A DNA stretch of 64,000 nt from an uncultured Thermoplasmata archaeon (GCA_963768855.1 CAVYJM010000006.1:416001-480000), one strand, 5' to 3'. Shown: positions 19,954 through 29,828, counted from the first letter of the stretch. Notes: generated by a model not told the origin, from the sequence alone. Made by a program: numbers and translations.

Positions 19954-20415
19954 TCAAAGGGGATACTTCAGCTTGGGCCCCGTGAACGTGAACCCTTGCT
20001 TTTCATAGAACTGGCGGGACCGGGCCCACCGCGGATCTTCCGGCGCCGTGACGTCAATCCGGGTCCACCCCCTCTCCCGGCCGTACTCCTTGACGGCGTC
20101 CACGAGGCGGGCTCCGATGCCCTCCGACCGCGACGCGGGCGCGACGTACATCTCGTCGATGACCCCGTAGTTGCCGTTCGCGTAGATGGCGAACGTCTCC
20201 GTCAATGTGAGGACGCCCACGATGGAGCCGCGTTCATCCGTCGCGACGAAGGCCTGGAATCGATCCCCCATTTCCCTCCACGCCTGGAGGACCTTCGTCT
20301 CGTCGAGGCGACCGAGGTCCTCCGCCTCGTCGCCCAACTCCACGAGGAGCCGCGTGACCCAGTCAAACACGATGGGTGCCTGCTCGATTGTGTATCGCTC
20401 GATGTGGATGGCCAA
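19954..20415 (-). CDS. GNAT-family N-acetyltransferase
   Basis: IDEMYVAPASRSEGIGARL, FYEKQGF; TTG start at 20415 inferred. Confidence 0.85.
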   Translation of the reverse strand: MAIHIERYTIEQAPIVFDWVTRLLVELGDEAEDLGRLDETKVLQAWREMGDRFQAFVATDERGSIVGVLTLTETFAIYANGNYGVIDEMYVAPASRSEGIGARLVDAVKEYGRERGWTRIDVTAPEDPRWARSRQFYEKQGFTFTGPKLKYPL

Positions 20416-20565
20416 GTCCGCAGGTCTCTCTCGCCGGAACGGGGTTCGCTGCCTTAAAGCTGCAAGGGGGATTCCGACCGGAGGCAAGGCCCGACCGATA
20501 GGGGCCCCGCCATCGGGAAAAGGGTTATCCACGGCGCGTCCGTCGCCCTCGCTGGACGGAGGGCG

Positions 20566-20880
20566 ATGCCCGCGAAGAAGTCGGTAAGTCCCAAGATCGT
20601 CGTCGAGAACGTGAACGTCCCAGGCTACACGGTCTCGGTGGACGCGGCTCATTATGAGTCGATGAAGAAGGTCCTCCTCCGGATCCTCCCGAAGGAAGGC
20701 CCCGGGCTTACACAGGCTGAGATGTTCGCCAAGGCGGCCGCCGCCGCGGATCCGGAGTTGTTCCCGGCTCCAGGCAAGGTGGGGTGGTGGGTGAAGTGCG
20801 TCCACCTGGACCTCGAGGCGAAGGGCTTGGTTGCGCGGGACAAGAGCGCAAAGCCGCTGCGCTGGCGACGGCTCAGGTAG
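20566..20880 (+). CDS. Small conserved protein (DUF6958-like)
   Basis: VENVNVPG...VDA..YE.MK, WWVKCVHLDLEAKG, KPLRWR. Confidence 0.75.
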   Translation: MPAKKSVSPKIVVENVNVPGYTVSVDAAHYESMKKVLLRILPKEGPGLTQAEMFAKAAAAADPELFPAPGKVGWWVKCVHLDLEAKGLVARDKSAKPLRWRRLR

Positions 20881-20892
20881 CGATGCGCGCAC

Positions 20893-21087
20893 CTATTCCG
20901 GCCTAGGCGCGACCTTCTTCTCGTGAAGCTTGAGGCGGCCCGGGGCGGAGGACGTCTCGGACGTGTCGACGACGATCTGCTCGAGGTGATCTTTGAGGTA
21001 CTTCGCGCTCGAGGTCTCCGATTCGCCGCTCATCCCGTCATTTGTATCCGCGGCCCCGTATAAAGGCTTGTCCACCGGATCAGCCAC
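20893..21087 (-). CDS. Small hypothetical protein (64 aa) coupled to the upstream membrane protein gene
   Basis: GTG start overlaps the upstream TGA (GTGGCTGA); G/C-ending codons; fills the gap exactly. Confidence 0.45.
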   Translation of the reverse strand: MADPVDKPLYGAADTNDGMSGESETSSAKYLKDHLEQIVVDTSETSSAPGRLKLHEKKVAPRPE

Positions 21088-21988
21088 CGAGGACGAACCA
21101 CCGGAGCCACGCGATCGCCGCGACGGCGAAGACGGGCAGGAGGAGCTTCAGGTACCGGGAAGCCCAGGCGTTGCGTAACCCGAGGAGGAGGCCTGCCGAG
21201 GTCGCGGACAACCCGCCCGCGATTGCGAGCATCTCCTTCACCGTCGTGGCCCACGCACCGGCCGCGAAGGAGGTCGCGAAGACCCAGACGCCTCCAATCG
21301 CCGCGAGGAACAGCCAGCTGGTCAGGATGAGCTCCTCCATGGGGGTCGGGCCCATGTGATAGTTCGCCCGCCACACGTAGGGCTCGTCCCCGGGCGGAGG
21401 CAGGTACGCGTTGAAGTGGTAGTCGATGTCCTGCGGGGGCGTCGCATGGTAGTGCTCCCGGCTCCGCACGGTCTCGTCGTCCAGCTCGACCTCGAGCTGC
21501 GTGTCCGGAGGCGCATTCACGGCGACGTGGATCCCGTACGGCTGGCCGACATGCCGCACGTGGGCGATGTGATACGACGGGAGGGTCAGGGCCCGCAGGA
21601 GGAGGTACCGCGGCTTCTCGCCGTCCGTGTGGACGAGCCGCAGGGTCCGCATCTCCCCGGGGCCGAGGGGCGCGTCCTTCGGGAGGACGATGCTGATCCG
21701 GTACTGCGGGTGCGGAGTCGACGCCACCGCACGCTCGTACGCTGCGGGGCTCTCCTTCTTCACCTCCTGGAGCGCCTGTTCGACCTCGCGATTCGGGAGG
21801 TAGTTGAGTTCCCTCCCGTTCTCGTCGAGGACCTGCAGGTTCGCGAGGAAGGCGTTCAGCGGGAGGAAGATCTGGAAGAGCTCGTCGGGCCCACTGTTCC
21901 GGACCGTGTACTCGAGTGTGATGGAGCGGACGTCCGGGGCGACGTGGTCGAAGATCCAGCGCTCGCGGACGAGGTCGACCTGGCTCAT
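21080..21988 (-). CDS. Hypothetical membrane protein (soluble beta-rich N-terminus, 3 C-terminal TM helices)
   Basis: 302-aa ORF with typical codon usage; hydrophobic C-terminus from LILTSWLFL onward. Confidence 0.75.
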   Translation of the reverse strand: MSQVDLVRERWIFDHVAPDVRSITLEYTVRNSGPDELFQIFLPLNAFLANLQVLDENGRELNYLPNREVEQALQEVKKESPAAYERAVASTPHPQYRISIVLPKDAPLGPGEMRTLRLVHTDGEKPRYLLLRALTLPSYHIAHVRHVGQPYGIHVAVNAPPDTQLEVELDDETVRSREHYHATPPQDIDYHFNAYLPPPGDEPYVWRANYHMGPTPMEELILTSWLFLAAIGGVWVFATSFAAGAWATTVKEMLAIAGGLSATSAGLLLGLRNAWASRYLKLLLPVFAVAAIAWLRWFVLGG

Positions 21989-22143
21989 TGGCGGGTACGA
22001 GGTCCAGTCGCTGGCATATTCCTTTCGGAGGGGGGTCGGCGAATGGCGGTGTGAGGGCGGCCGAAACCGTCGCCTGCGTGGCGTCCCAAAAGACTATGCT
22101 TGAACTCGGCTCCTTCGGGCCGCGGAAGAGGGCGGCCGTGGTC

Positions 22144-22830
22144 GTGTCTAAGGGGACGTCGCATGCGGATCGCGCGCCGGTCCCGCGCCGTCGCGTCTCC
22201 GCCATCGTATTGGCGGCGGGGACCTCGTCGCGGATGCGGGAGTCCAAGCCGCTAGTGAGACAGGCAGGTCGCCCGCTCCTGGTGCACGTCCTCGAAGGTC
22301 TCCGGAAGAGTTCCGTGCGCGAGATTGTCGTCGTCCTCGGAGCCGAGGCCGACCGTGTCCGTCGCGAGATCCCATTGGACGCGATGCGCGTGGTCGAAAA
22401 TCCGGACTACGCACAGGGGATGAGCACCTCGATCCGTGCTGGGCTGCGCGCAGCCGACCCGGCCGCGGAGGGGTTCCTGATCGTCCTCGGGGATCAGCCC
22501 TTCGTGGCGGCGTCCACAATCGACGCGCTCCTTGGGGGCCCGGCCGAGCGCGAGGCGAGAATCTGGATTCCGACCTATCACGGGGTCCGCGGGAACCCGG
22601 TCCTCTTCGACCGCTCCCTTTCGAGGGAGATGGAGTCGGTTCGTGGCGACACCGGATGCCGCGGCATCATCGAAGTCCATCCCCGCGAGGTCGTCGAGGT
22701 CTCCGTCGGGGACCCGGGCATCTTGATCGATGTCGACACCCCGGAGGACCTTCGGCGGATCGAGGCGGCTCTGGACCACGGTGGCTCCCTCGAGGCCTTG
22801 GCGGAGGAGCGTGTGCGAGCGACACGTTGA
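22144..22830 (+). CDS. MocA/MobA-like nucleotidyltransferase (molybdenum cofactor cytidylyltransferase family)
   Basis: AIVLAAGTSSRM..SKPL, NPDYAQGMSTSIRAG, LGDQP, GNPVLF, GDTG.R, DVDTPED; start approximate. Confidence 0.85.
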   Translation: MSKGTSHADRAPVPRRRVSAIVLAAGTSSRMRESKPLVRQAGRPLLVHVLEGLRKSSVREIVVVLGAEADRVRREIPLDAMRVVENPDYAQGMSTSIRAGLRAADPAAEGFLIVLGDQPFVAASTIDALLGGPAEREARIWIPTYHGVRGNPVLFDRSLSREMESVRGDTGCRGIIEVHPREVVEVSVGDPGILIDVDTPEDLRRIEAALDHGGSLEALAEERVRATR

Positions 22831-22873
22831 CGGCTCGCAGACGGCGGTCGGCCCTCCCGACCCGTGCCGCGGC

Positions 22874-23314
22874 TCACACCTGCTCGAGCCTCTTGCGCGC
22901 GTTCTCGAAGAAGGCGTTCGTCTTCTTGTCGATCGTTCCCTGGAGCAGGCGCGCCCCCATGCTCGCGATCGTCCCGCTCATCAGGACGTTCGCCTTCCAG
23001 CGCACGGTGCTGACCCCTTCGTCCTCAGATACCTCGAGGGTCGCATCGATGTCGAACCCGCTACCCATCCCCGAACCGTGCACGCGGAGTCGGGCGCGCC
23101 CCGGCGGTGATCGTTCCGCGACCGTCGCGGACCAGTTGAAGGTTCCCTTGATGAGCCCGATACCTGCGCGGATCGTCCCCTTGAAGTGGTCCTCGTCCTC
23201 GACCTCGATCGTGTGCGGGTCGTCGACGCACGCGGAGAGGTCCTTGGGGTTCAGGAAGAAGGCGAACGCGCGGTCCCGCGGGCCCTTCACGCTGAACGTC
23301 CCCTCGTACTGCGT
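22874..23314 (-). CDS. coxG: CoxG-like SRPBCC protein, probable ACG start
   Basis: (M)QYEGTFSVKGPRDRAFAFF..P..L..C, IRAGIG.IKG.F, GTIASMGARLL; GGGAG lies 4 nt before ACG at 23314. Confidence 0.8.
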   Translation of the reverse strand, partial: TQYEGTFSVKGPRDRAFAFFLNPKDLSACVDDPHTIEVEDEDHFKGTIRAGIGLIKGTFNWSATVAERSPPGRARLRVHGSGMGSGFDIDATLEVSEDEGVSTVRWKANVLMSGTIASMGARLLQGTIDKKTNAFFENARKRLEQV

Positions 23315-23584
23315 GGTCCTCCCTCGTCGGCCCGAGCCAGGACCGGGCTATGACCGGTTCGGCTAAAACGCTTTCCAGACATAGGATCCATCGAGGGATG
23401 CTGTTGCGGGAGAGGCTCGGCTGCCGTCTCGACTTCGCCGCGTCCCGGGCTCTCGGGCCCACTCCGTCTCCTGCGGAGCACGACCGCCGTTCACATTGCC
23501 ACCGCCTCTGGAGCTCCACCGCCAACCGGATGAGCGGCTCGGGCACCTGCGCCGGGCGAATCAGGCCGCGCGTCTCTCCGATTG

Positions 23585-23905
23585 CTACGCGGCACCCTTC
23601 TTCGCGGCTTCCTGCGCCTTCTTCCCCCGCTCCTTCGCGGTGTAGCCGGTCGCGGCCTCGAGGAATCGGTTGTTCCGGGAGATCGTCTCGGTGGCCTGCG
23701 CATCCGGGACGCCCGTCTTCATGACGAAGTCGACAAAGAGCTGCTTGCCGTCCGTCCACGCGGTGAGCCTCTCGATCGCCCCGAACGACGAAACGACCTT
23801 CCCATCCTCCACGGTCGCCGAGCCGAAGGCCGTTTCGGCCAGAACGCGGAGCTTGTCGCCCTCGAGGTTCTTCCCATGGCCGCGTCGCAACTCGTAGGCC
23901 CGCAT
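23585..23905 (-). CDS. DUF5611 / TA0095-like small protein
   Basis: MRAYELRRG, SFGAIERL, NRFLEAATGYTAKER.KK. Confidence 0.75.
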   Translation of the reverse strand: MRAYELRRGHGKNLEGDKLRVLAETAFGSATVEDGKVVSSFGAIERLTAWTDGKQLFVDFVMKTGVPDAQATETISRNNRFLEAATGYTAKERGKKAQEAAKKGAA

Positions 23906-23962
23906 CGGACGGCGGGGAGCGGGAGGCGGCCTATGAATCTTGCGCCGTGGTTCTCCGCCCGC

Positions 23963-24703
23963 TCACTTCTCCCGCCATTGCGCCTTGAACATCGCGAGGA
24001 GCATGAACGCGGCCGTGAAGGCGACGAGGACGGCCGCGCTCCCGAGCCAGTTCACGTCGTTCGTGATCCCGAGGGCGCCCTGGATCAGCTGAGAAGCGTC
24101 TGCGGTCGGGGCCAGGTAGCCGAGCCACCGGAGGTTCTCTGGAATCAAGTTGATGGGGTAGTAGACCGGCGGCAGGACGGAGAGGACGAGGGAGAGGAGC
24201 GGGGCGATTGCGAACGTCTCGCGGATGTCCCGGAGGTACGTCGCCAGAAAGAAGCCAAGGGAGCAGCCCAGGGCCCAGATGAGGAGGAGAGTCGCCAGGA
24301 TGATCGGCAGTCCGAGGATTCCGGGGGCCTGCGTCGCGTATCCGACGAAGAGGAAAGCGACGATCCCCGGGGTCGCGAAGGCGAGTTCGGAGAGCGCCAT
24401 TCCGAGCACATACGTGGACGCGCGCATCGGCGAGGCGACGACCATGTCCTGGAGTTTCAGGTCCACGCGGAAGTGGGTCATGTCCGCTTGAAGACTCGTG
24501 CCGATGGAGAAGGTCGTGAGCACCAAGCCACCTGCCACCCCGAGGCCCACGAACCTGCCCTGGCTCACGATGTAGATGAAGAAGAGGAAAGAGAACGGCG
24601 CGCCCAGCGTGTTCACGAGGTAGAGGGGCATCCGTTTCACGGGGATGATCCCGTTGAGCACGATCAGGCCCCACGACGCACGGAGCTGCGTCCGCAGGCT
24701 CAC
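23963..24703 (-). CDS. ABC-2 type transporter permease
   Basis: Six TM helices, VLPPVYYPINLIPENLRWLGYLAPT; overlaps the ATPase gene. Confidence 0.88.
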   Translation of the reverse strand: MSLRTQLRASWGLIVLNGIIPVKRMPLYLVNTLGAPFSFLFFIYIVSQGRFVGLGVAGGLVLTTFSIGTSLQADMTHFRVDLKLQDMVVASPMRASTYVLGMALSELAFATPGIVAFLFVGYATQAPGILGLPIILATLLLIWALGCSLGFFLATYLRDIRETFAIAPLLSLVLSVLPPVYYPINLIPENLRWLGYLAPTADASQLIQGALGITNDVNWLGSAAVLVAFTAAFMLLAMFKAQWREK

Positions 24704-25647
24704 GCTTCCACCTCCTCGTCCTCATCCACGGGCTCCTCGTCGACCGTACCGCCGACGAGCTGCACGAAGAGGTCTTCCAGGGTCACAGGACCGGCGACCG
24801 CCCGGACACTCTTCGCCAGGGCGAGGCGCGTGAGGTCCTCCGCGCCGCGGCGGTCCGTGAAGACGATCTGCGAGTCTCCGATCGCCGCAGCGTCCCCGTA
24901 CGACTCGAGCTCTCCCGTCACGAAGCCGCGCCCCGTGAGGGCGACTCGGTACGGCCAGCGCACTCGCGCGACGAGCTCGTCCAGGGTGCCAAGTGCGAGC
25001 ACCTTCCCCTCGTTGAGGATTGCGATGCGCTTGCTCAGGAGCTCCGCCTCCTCGAGGTAATGCGTCGTCAGCAGGACCGTGCGTCCCTCCTTCGCGGCCT
25101 CCTGGACCGCGGCCCACACCTCCCGACGGGCAAGCGGGTCGAGCCCGGTCGTGGGCTCGTCGAGGAAGAGAAGCTCGGCGCCCGAGGCGAGGGCCATGGC
25201 GACGAGCACGCGCCGGCGCAGCCCGCCGGACTGCTTCCAGAGGACCGTGTCCTTTCCCTTGGCCAGCCCGAGCCGTTCGAGTGTCTCGAGCGCTCGTCTG
25301 CGCGCCTCAGAGGATGGAAGGCCCCGCAGGGTCAGATAATAGTAGACGTGCTCGTACGGGGTTGCATAGAAGAAGGGCCGCGCCTCCTGCGGGATCACGG
25401 CGACGAGATCGCGGACCGCGTTGGGCTGCGCGACCGCGTCATGGCCGAGCACCTCGATGCGCCCTGACGTCGGGAGGAGCTGGGTGCCCGCGATCCGGAG
25501 GAAGGTCGTCTTCCCCGCCCCGTTGCGGCCGATGAGCCCGAAGATCTCCCCCTTCCCGACCTCGAGGGTCACCCGGTCGAGGGCCCGCTTTCCCTTGCTG
25601 CCCTTGTACTCCTTCGTGAGGTCACGCGCGGCGATCGCGGCGGGCAC
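24700..25647 (-). CDS. ABC transporter ATP-binding protein (DrrA-like exporter)
   Basis: GRNGAGKT, QSGGLRRR, LFLDEPTTGLDP, LLTTHYLEEAE. Confidence 0.93.
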   Translation of the reverse strand: MPAAIAARDLTKEYKGSKGKRALDRVTLEVGKGEIFGLIGRNGAGKTTFLRIAGTQLLPTSGRIEVLGHDAVAQPNAVRDLVAVIPQEARPFFYATPYEHVYYYLTLRGLPSSEARRRALETLERLGLAKGKDTVLWKQSGGLRRRVLVAMALASGAELLFLDEPTTGLDPLARREVWAAVQEAAKEGRTVLLTTHYLEEAELLSKRIAILNEGKVLALGTLDELVARVRWPYRVALTGRGFVTGELESYGDAAAIGDSQIVFTDRRGAEDLTRLALAKSVRAVAGPVTLEDLFVQLVGGTVDEEPVDEDEEVEA

Positions 25648-25763
25648 GGCGCGGGTGAAGCCACGCGCCGCTTAAGGCCGTTTGGGCGGGGACGCCGTGC
25701 CGGTTGCCTCCGTCCTCGGTCTCAGGCTGAGGACTCGAGCCTTGCGAGGACCCGCATGGCCCG

Positions 25764-26699
25764 TCACGTGATCATCTTGCTCGGCTCCCCCACCTTGTCG
25801 AGGGCGAACGGGGTGGGCGCGTCCTTCGGATGCTTGCGGTACCATTCGGCCGGGGCTCCCTCCAGGTCGGGGTGGACCGCGTCGAGGTTCCAGCGGCCAT
25901 CGGACCGCCGTTTCTTCTTGAGGACGCCGACGGCGTGCTTCAGCCTCGGATCGTCCGTGTAGCCGAGGGCGGTCATGAAGTCTAGGCCCACGAGGAGATC
26001 GTAGTAGTAGTGGACCGGATAGTGGAAGCGGTACCAGGGTTCGTAGTGGTCCCCCTGGATGTGGAGCTCCCGCTGGAGGAAGAACTCGGCAGCTTGGTCG
26101 ACCGTGCGCTGCATCGCGGCGGTCCACTTCGGGCGCGGATAGACGGCGAAGGCGCTCATCGGCTCCCAGGAATCGAGGTTCCGCCCGCCGCCGAAGCAAC
26201 TCCATCCCCCAAGGTGGCTCGCGTTCTTCACCATCCACTCGAACGCGCTCTGCACTTTGGGGTGGTCCGCATAACCGAAGAGCACGAGCGCGCGGGCCGT
26301 GTTGCCAACGACGCACAGATGGCTCCGGGTGGATCCGTCCATGCCGAATCCGCCGTCCTCCTTGGCGAAGCGGTCGATCCACAGCCGGCACGCCTTCGCG
26401 ATCCGCGGGTCCTCCTTGGTCGTCCCGAGGTCGGCCAGGATGAGCAGCATCCAGTTCGCCGAGAGATACTTCGGCCGGTAGAGGCTCTTCTCGCCGACCC
26501 ACCACCCTTTCGGATCCTGCTTCGCGAGGATTTCCGCGGCCCAGCCCTCCTCCGGGATCCGCGCCTTGGCGGACTGGACGTCGGCGTCCCCTTCCGGCCG
26601 CTCGAGCAGCTGGGTCAGGGTCAGGTATCGGATGGAGGGCTGGCTTTCCTCCAGCAACCAATCGCGGGCCTTCTTGTCTTTCGCCGCCTCGGTTGCCAT
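25764..26699 (-). CDS. Prenyltransferase/squalene-cyclase-repeat-like (alpha/alpha barrel) hypothetical protein
   Basis: WLLEESQPSIRY..L..LL, QDPKGWW, Y.PKY.S..W, RFHYPVHYYYDLL, RRSDGRW; the frame continues 13 codons past the TGA to 25722. Confidence 0.72.
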   Translation of the reverse strand: MATEAAKDKKARDWLLEESQPSIRYLTLTQLLERPEGDADVQSAKARIPEEGWAAEILAKQDPKGWWVGEKSLYRPKYLSANWMLLILADLGTTKEDPRIAKACRLWIDRFAKEDGGFGMDGSTRSHLCVVGNTARALVLFGYADHPKVQSAFEWMVKNASHLGGWSCFGGGRNLDSWEPMSAFAVYPRPKWTAAMQRTVDQAAEFFLQRELHIQGDHYEPWYRFHYPVHYYYDLLVGLDFMTALGYTDDPRLKHAVGVLKKKRRSDGRWNLDAVHPDLEGAPAEWYRKHPKDAPTPFALDKVGEPSKMIT

Positions 26700-26800
26700 G
26701 GTTCTCCCGCCGGTCCCAACCCCGCATCGTTCCTAAACTTGTGGGAGGGGTCCCGAAATGCGGCCGATCAAATGGCCGCGCGAGCCCGGTCCGGATGCGG

Positions 26801-27473
26801 TCACTTCGACACGATCGCGAACACGCTTGATTCGTCGACCTCGCGGATCGTCGGCCGCAGGCCGAATTGGGCGAAGAGCCGCGTGAACTCCTCGCCACCC
26901 ACGGTCGTGGCTTGGAACCCGTCCGTGCAAACGATCGTGCCGTCCCCGGTCCTCTCCTCGTCGATGTCCCCGATGAGACCTTCTCGGGCCTGTGCGCGGA
27001 ACCAGTCGAGCCGGTCTTCCCAGATGCGCGGCGAGTAGCTCGAGAACAGGATCGACCCGCCGCTCCGCGTGACGCGAACCGCCTCCCCCACGAGTCTCCC
27101 GCGGTCGACCGCGAACGCGGAGATGCCGTTCTGGACGCAGAGCACGGCGTCGAAGGCGCCCGCGCGGAAGGCCATCCGTGATGCATCGACCCGGACGAGG
27201 CTGGACGTTGCGACGAGGCTCCAGGTAGGACTTCGCGAGTTCGAGACTCTTCCGGGACGTGTCGCACCCCACGATCCACCGCACGGACGGCGAGATCCTC
27301 TTCATGACGCGTCCGTAGCCGCATCCCAGTTCCAGCACGGACCCCGATCCGCGCACACCCTCGGTTGCGAACCGCACCTCCGCATCCAGGTATCGGCGGA
27401 TTCGGGGAGGAGCGATCTCGTAGCATGTCTGCAACGCTGCTCCCGAGAGCCTGCCGTCGTAGTAGTCCTTCAT
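26801..27473 (-). pseudogene. Class I SAM-dependent methyltransferase with one +1 frameshift
   Basis: VLELGCGYGRV..GCDTS in one frame; LVRVDASRMAFRAGAFDAVLC..G.ILFS in the next; shift near 27203. Confidence 0.8.
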
Positions 27474-27529
27474 CGATACGAACCGGGAACGAGGGAGTCG
27501 CCGCTTCAAGGTAGCGGCACGGTCCGAGG

Positions 27530-28546
27530 CTACGCGTCCAAGACCGCGAGCGGATCGGCGGGCGTCAGCATGAACTCCTGGAGGTCCAGATACTCCTGCC
27601 AGACCGACTTGCACCCGCACGTCAAGTCGTCGAAGTCCTTCCGCAGACCGAGGGAAAACTCCTCGATCGCGTCGATGACCTTGCGGTCGCACGCCCCGCA
27701 GTTGTGCGCCCCGCGGACCATGCCGCCCCCCGTGGGATGGGACTTCACATTTGCTTTCAGATCCCGCGTGCGCTCGAGGACCTCGACCACGGACCACAGC
27801 CACGGCGGTCGATACTCACCGCGGCGAAAGAGGCGGTCCACGAGCGTGCGGCCCTGGACGTTGACCGGGTTGAAGGAGATCGTGTCGCTGTACGGGTCGG
27901 CCTCGTGTCCAGACCGCACGGCGTCCTCGATCGCCTCGCGCTCCGTGAGGAAGGGCGGCTTGATTAGGAGGTACGTCTTGACCGTCGCGCCCGCGTCGTG
28001 GCAAAGGCCTGCGGCCTTCGCGTGTTCCTCAAGCCCCCACATCTTGTTCACGCTGTCCCGGAGCACCCGAGGGCTCGTCGACTCCAGGCCAAAGGCCACC
28101 TCGAGTTCGCCGACGTGCTGGGTCGCATGTTCGAGCTGATCGCGGCGCAGGAGGTGCGAGAGGGTCTCGACGATGACCTTGTCGCAGCGGTCCCCCAGTT
28201 CCTTGAGGATCGCCTCGCGCATCTCCGGCGCGACCTCGTGGTCGTCGAAGAAGTTGCCCGAGGTGTAGACCTTCACCATCGGCTGCCCGACATGCTTCGC
28301 GAGGACCGTCTCGAGCTGGTGGGTGAGGTCCGCGACGGAGACCTCGCGGGCCACGTCGTTCACGTAGCCGCACATGGAACATCCGGAGGCCTGCGCCCAG
28401 TAGCAGCCGCGCGTCCGGAAGATGATGACCCAGGCGTCCACGACCTTCCCGTGCAGGAGGTCCTTCTCGGTCCACGTGGAGATGTACTCGCGGGGATCGT
28501 AGTCGTGCGGGTGGCGTTCGTCCTTCACGATCTGCTGGAGGCGCAT
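27530..28546 (-). CDS. Archaeosine biosynthesis radical SAM protein RaSEA
   Basis: IIFRTRGCYWAQASGCSMCGY (extended CxxxCxxC), VYTSGNFFD, GLES, KTYLLIKPPFLTE, YRPPWLWS, RGAHNCG.CD; start approximate. Confidence 0.88.
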   Translation of the reverse strand: MRLQQIVKDERHPHDYDPREYISTWTEKDLLHGKVVDAWVIIFRTRGCYWAQASGCSMCGYVNDVAREVSVADLTHQLETVLAKHVGQPMVKVYTSGNFFDDHEVAPEMREAILKELGDRCDKVIVETLSHLLRRDQLEHATQHVGELEVAFGLESTSPRVLRDSVNKMWGLEEHAKAAGLCHDAGATVKTYLLIKPPFLTEREAIEDAVRSGHEADPYSDTISFNPVNVQGRTLVDRLFRRGEYRPPWLWSVVEVLERTRDLKANVKSHPTGGGMVRGAHNCGACDRKVIDAIEEFSLGLRKDFDDLTCGCKSVWQEYLDLQEFMLTPADPLAVLDA

Positions 28547-28684
28547 GGGCGGCTGCTCGAAGGGTGCGGAGGGGAAAAAGCTTTGGAGGCGCGCCTCAAG
28601 AGGTTTTATGCGGGGGAGGCCAGTGTAGTCCTCCGAGGGATGTTGATGGTGGCGCCGCGGATTCCTATTCCCATGGAGCCGTTG

Positions 28685-28870
28685 ATGGCGCAAGCCCTGC
28701 GGACCGACTTCCCTGCGTCTATGGAGCGGGAGATCGTGGACGGCGCGGTCCGCGAGCGACATCAAGAGTCCGCCCGTCTTCCTGGAATGGCTGGCCTGTT
28801 CTTCGTCCTGCTCTTGGGGTTGCTGGCCGCGTGCCTCGTCGTGAAGTGGCTGGTCTTCGGGTTCCCGTAG
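28685..28870 (+). CDS. Small single-pass membrane protein
   Basis: Ends in GLFFVLLLGLLAACLVVKWLVFGFP*; TTTTAT upstream; start uncertain. Confidence 0.4.
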   Translation: MAQALRTDFPASMEREIVDGAVRERHQESARLPGMAGLFFVLLLGLLAACLVVKWLVFGFP

Positions 28871-28954
28871 GTCTCGGGGAAGGAGGCCCCGCAGCGCTTC
28901 TCGGACGAGCATCGCCAAAAGCACTTGAGCGATTGCGGGGTTCAGAGCCATCTC

Positions 28955-29824
28955 ATGCCCACAGCAGCGGAGCTCGTCTCCCTGGTCAACGGATACACGA
29001 TTCGCGAGGGTTCCCCTAAGGCAATCGTTGTCCCCAACGCCTCGCACCTTGCCGGCCTGCAGGACACGACCGTGAGCGGGGCCCTTCTGAAGAAGCAGGT
29101 CATCGTCATCAACGCGAAGACGGGGGAGCGCACCGTGTCACGGGGGGCGAACGAAGGGGCCTATGGCATCGAGGTGGACGGGGACCTTCACTTCTGCCTG
29201 GGGGTCAAGCCGCTCCAGCCGCACATCACCTGCGAGGTCCAGCACGCCACACCGTGGCTGTCGGCGTTCCAGGCGTCCGTGGGCCGGCCGATTACAGCAA
29301 GCGGCTACTTCCGCTGCCTCTTCGAGCATCCGGGCTTCCAGGCAAACGACGACGCGCACATCTTCGAGATCCATCCCGTGAGCGCGGTCACGCTCGCGGG
29401 GCAGTCGATATCCTTCGACGTCGGGCTGCCCGACCCCGGATCGATCCACACATGGCTCGCTCCCCATCCGCTCAACGTCCAGGATGGGAAGATCCGCGTG
29501 GCGTACGACCGGGGCACGGACACGCTCACGTTCACGAACATGGACGGGCAGGATGAGAACTATGTGCGGGTCCCGGGCATCGTCGGCAACATCCACCTCG
29601 GCACGGGTGCGAGCAGCCCATCCACGTTCACCCTCGCGAGCTCCGATATCGGTCACCCCATCCAGGTCGTCGCCCTCGCGCGGACCAAAGCCGCCCGCCA
29701 GCTGGGCGTCCTAACCACGAACCGCATCACGCTCGTGGCCCTCCGTTTCATCGACCTCCCGAGCGCGTTGAAGAGCGAGTACGTCATCAGCCTCCTGGCG
29801 ATCGACCTCCAACCGGGACCGTGA
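28955..29824 (+). CDS. Hypothetical protein with DGDLH and EIHPV motifs
   Basis: 289-aa ORF; EVDGDLHF, CEVQH, EHPG, HIFEIHPV. Confidence 0.7.
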   Translation: MPTAAELVSLVNGYTIREGSPKAIVVPNASHLAGLQDTTVSGALLKKQVIVINAKTGERTVSRGANEGAYGIEVDGDLHFCLGVKPLQPHITCEVQHATPWLSAFQASVGRPITASGYFRCLFEHPGFQANDDAHIFEIHPVSAVTLAGQSISFDVGLPDPGSIHTWLAPHPLNVQDGKIRVAYDRGTDTLTFTNMDGQDENYVRVPGIVGNIHLGTGASSPSTFTLASSDIGHPIQVVALARTKAARQLGVLTTNRITLVALRFIDLPSALKSEYVISLLAIDLQPGP

Positions 29825-29828
29825 CCCC

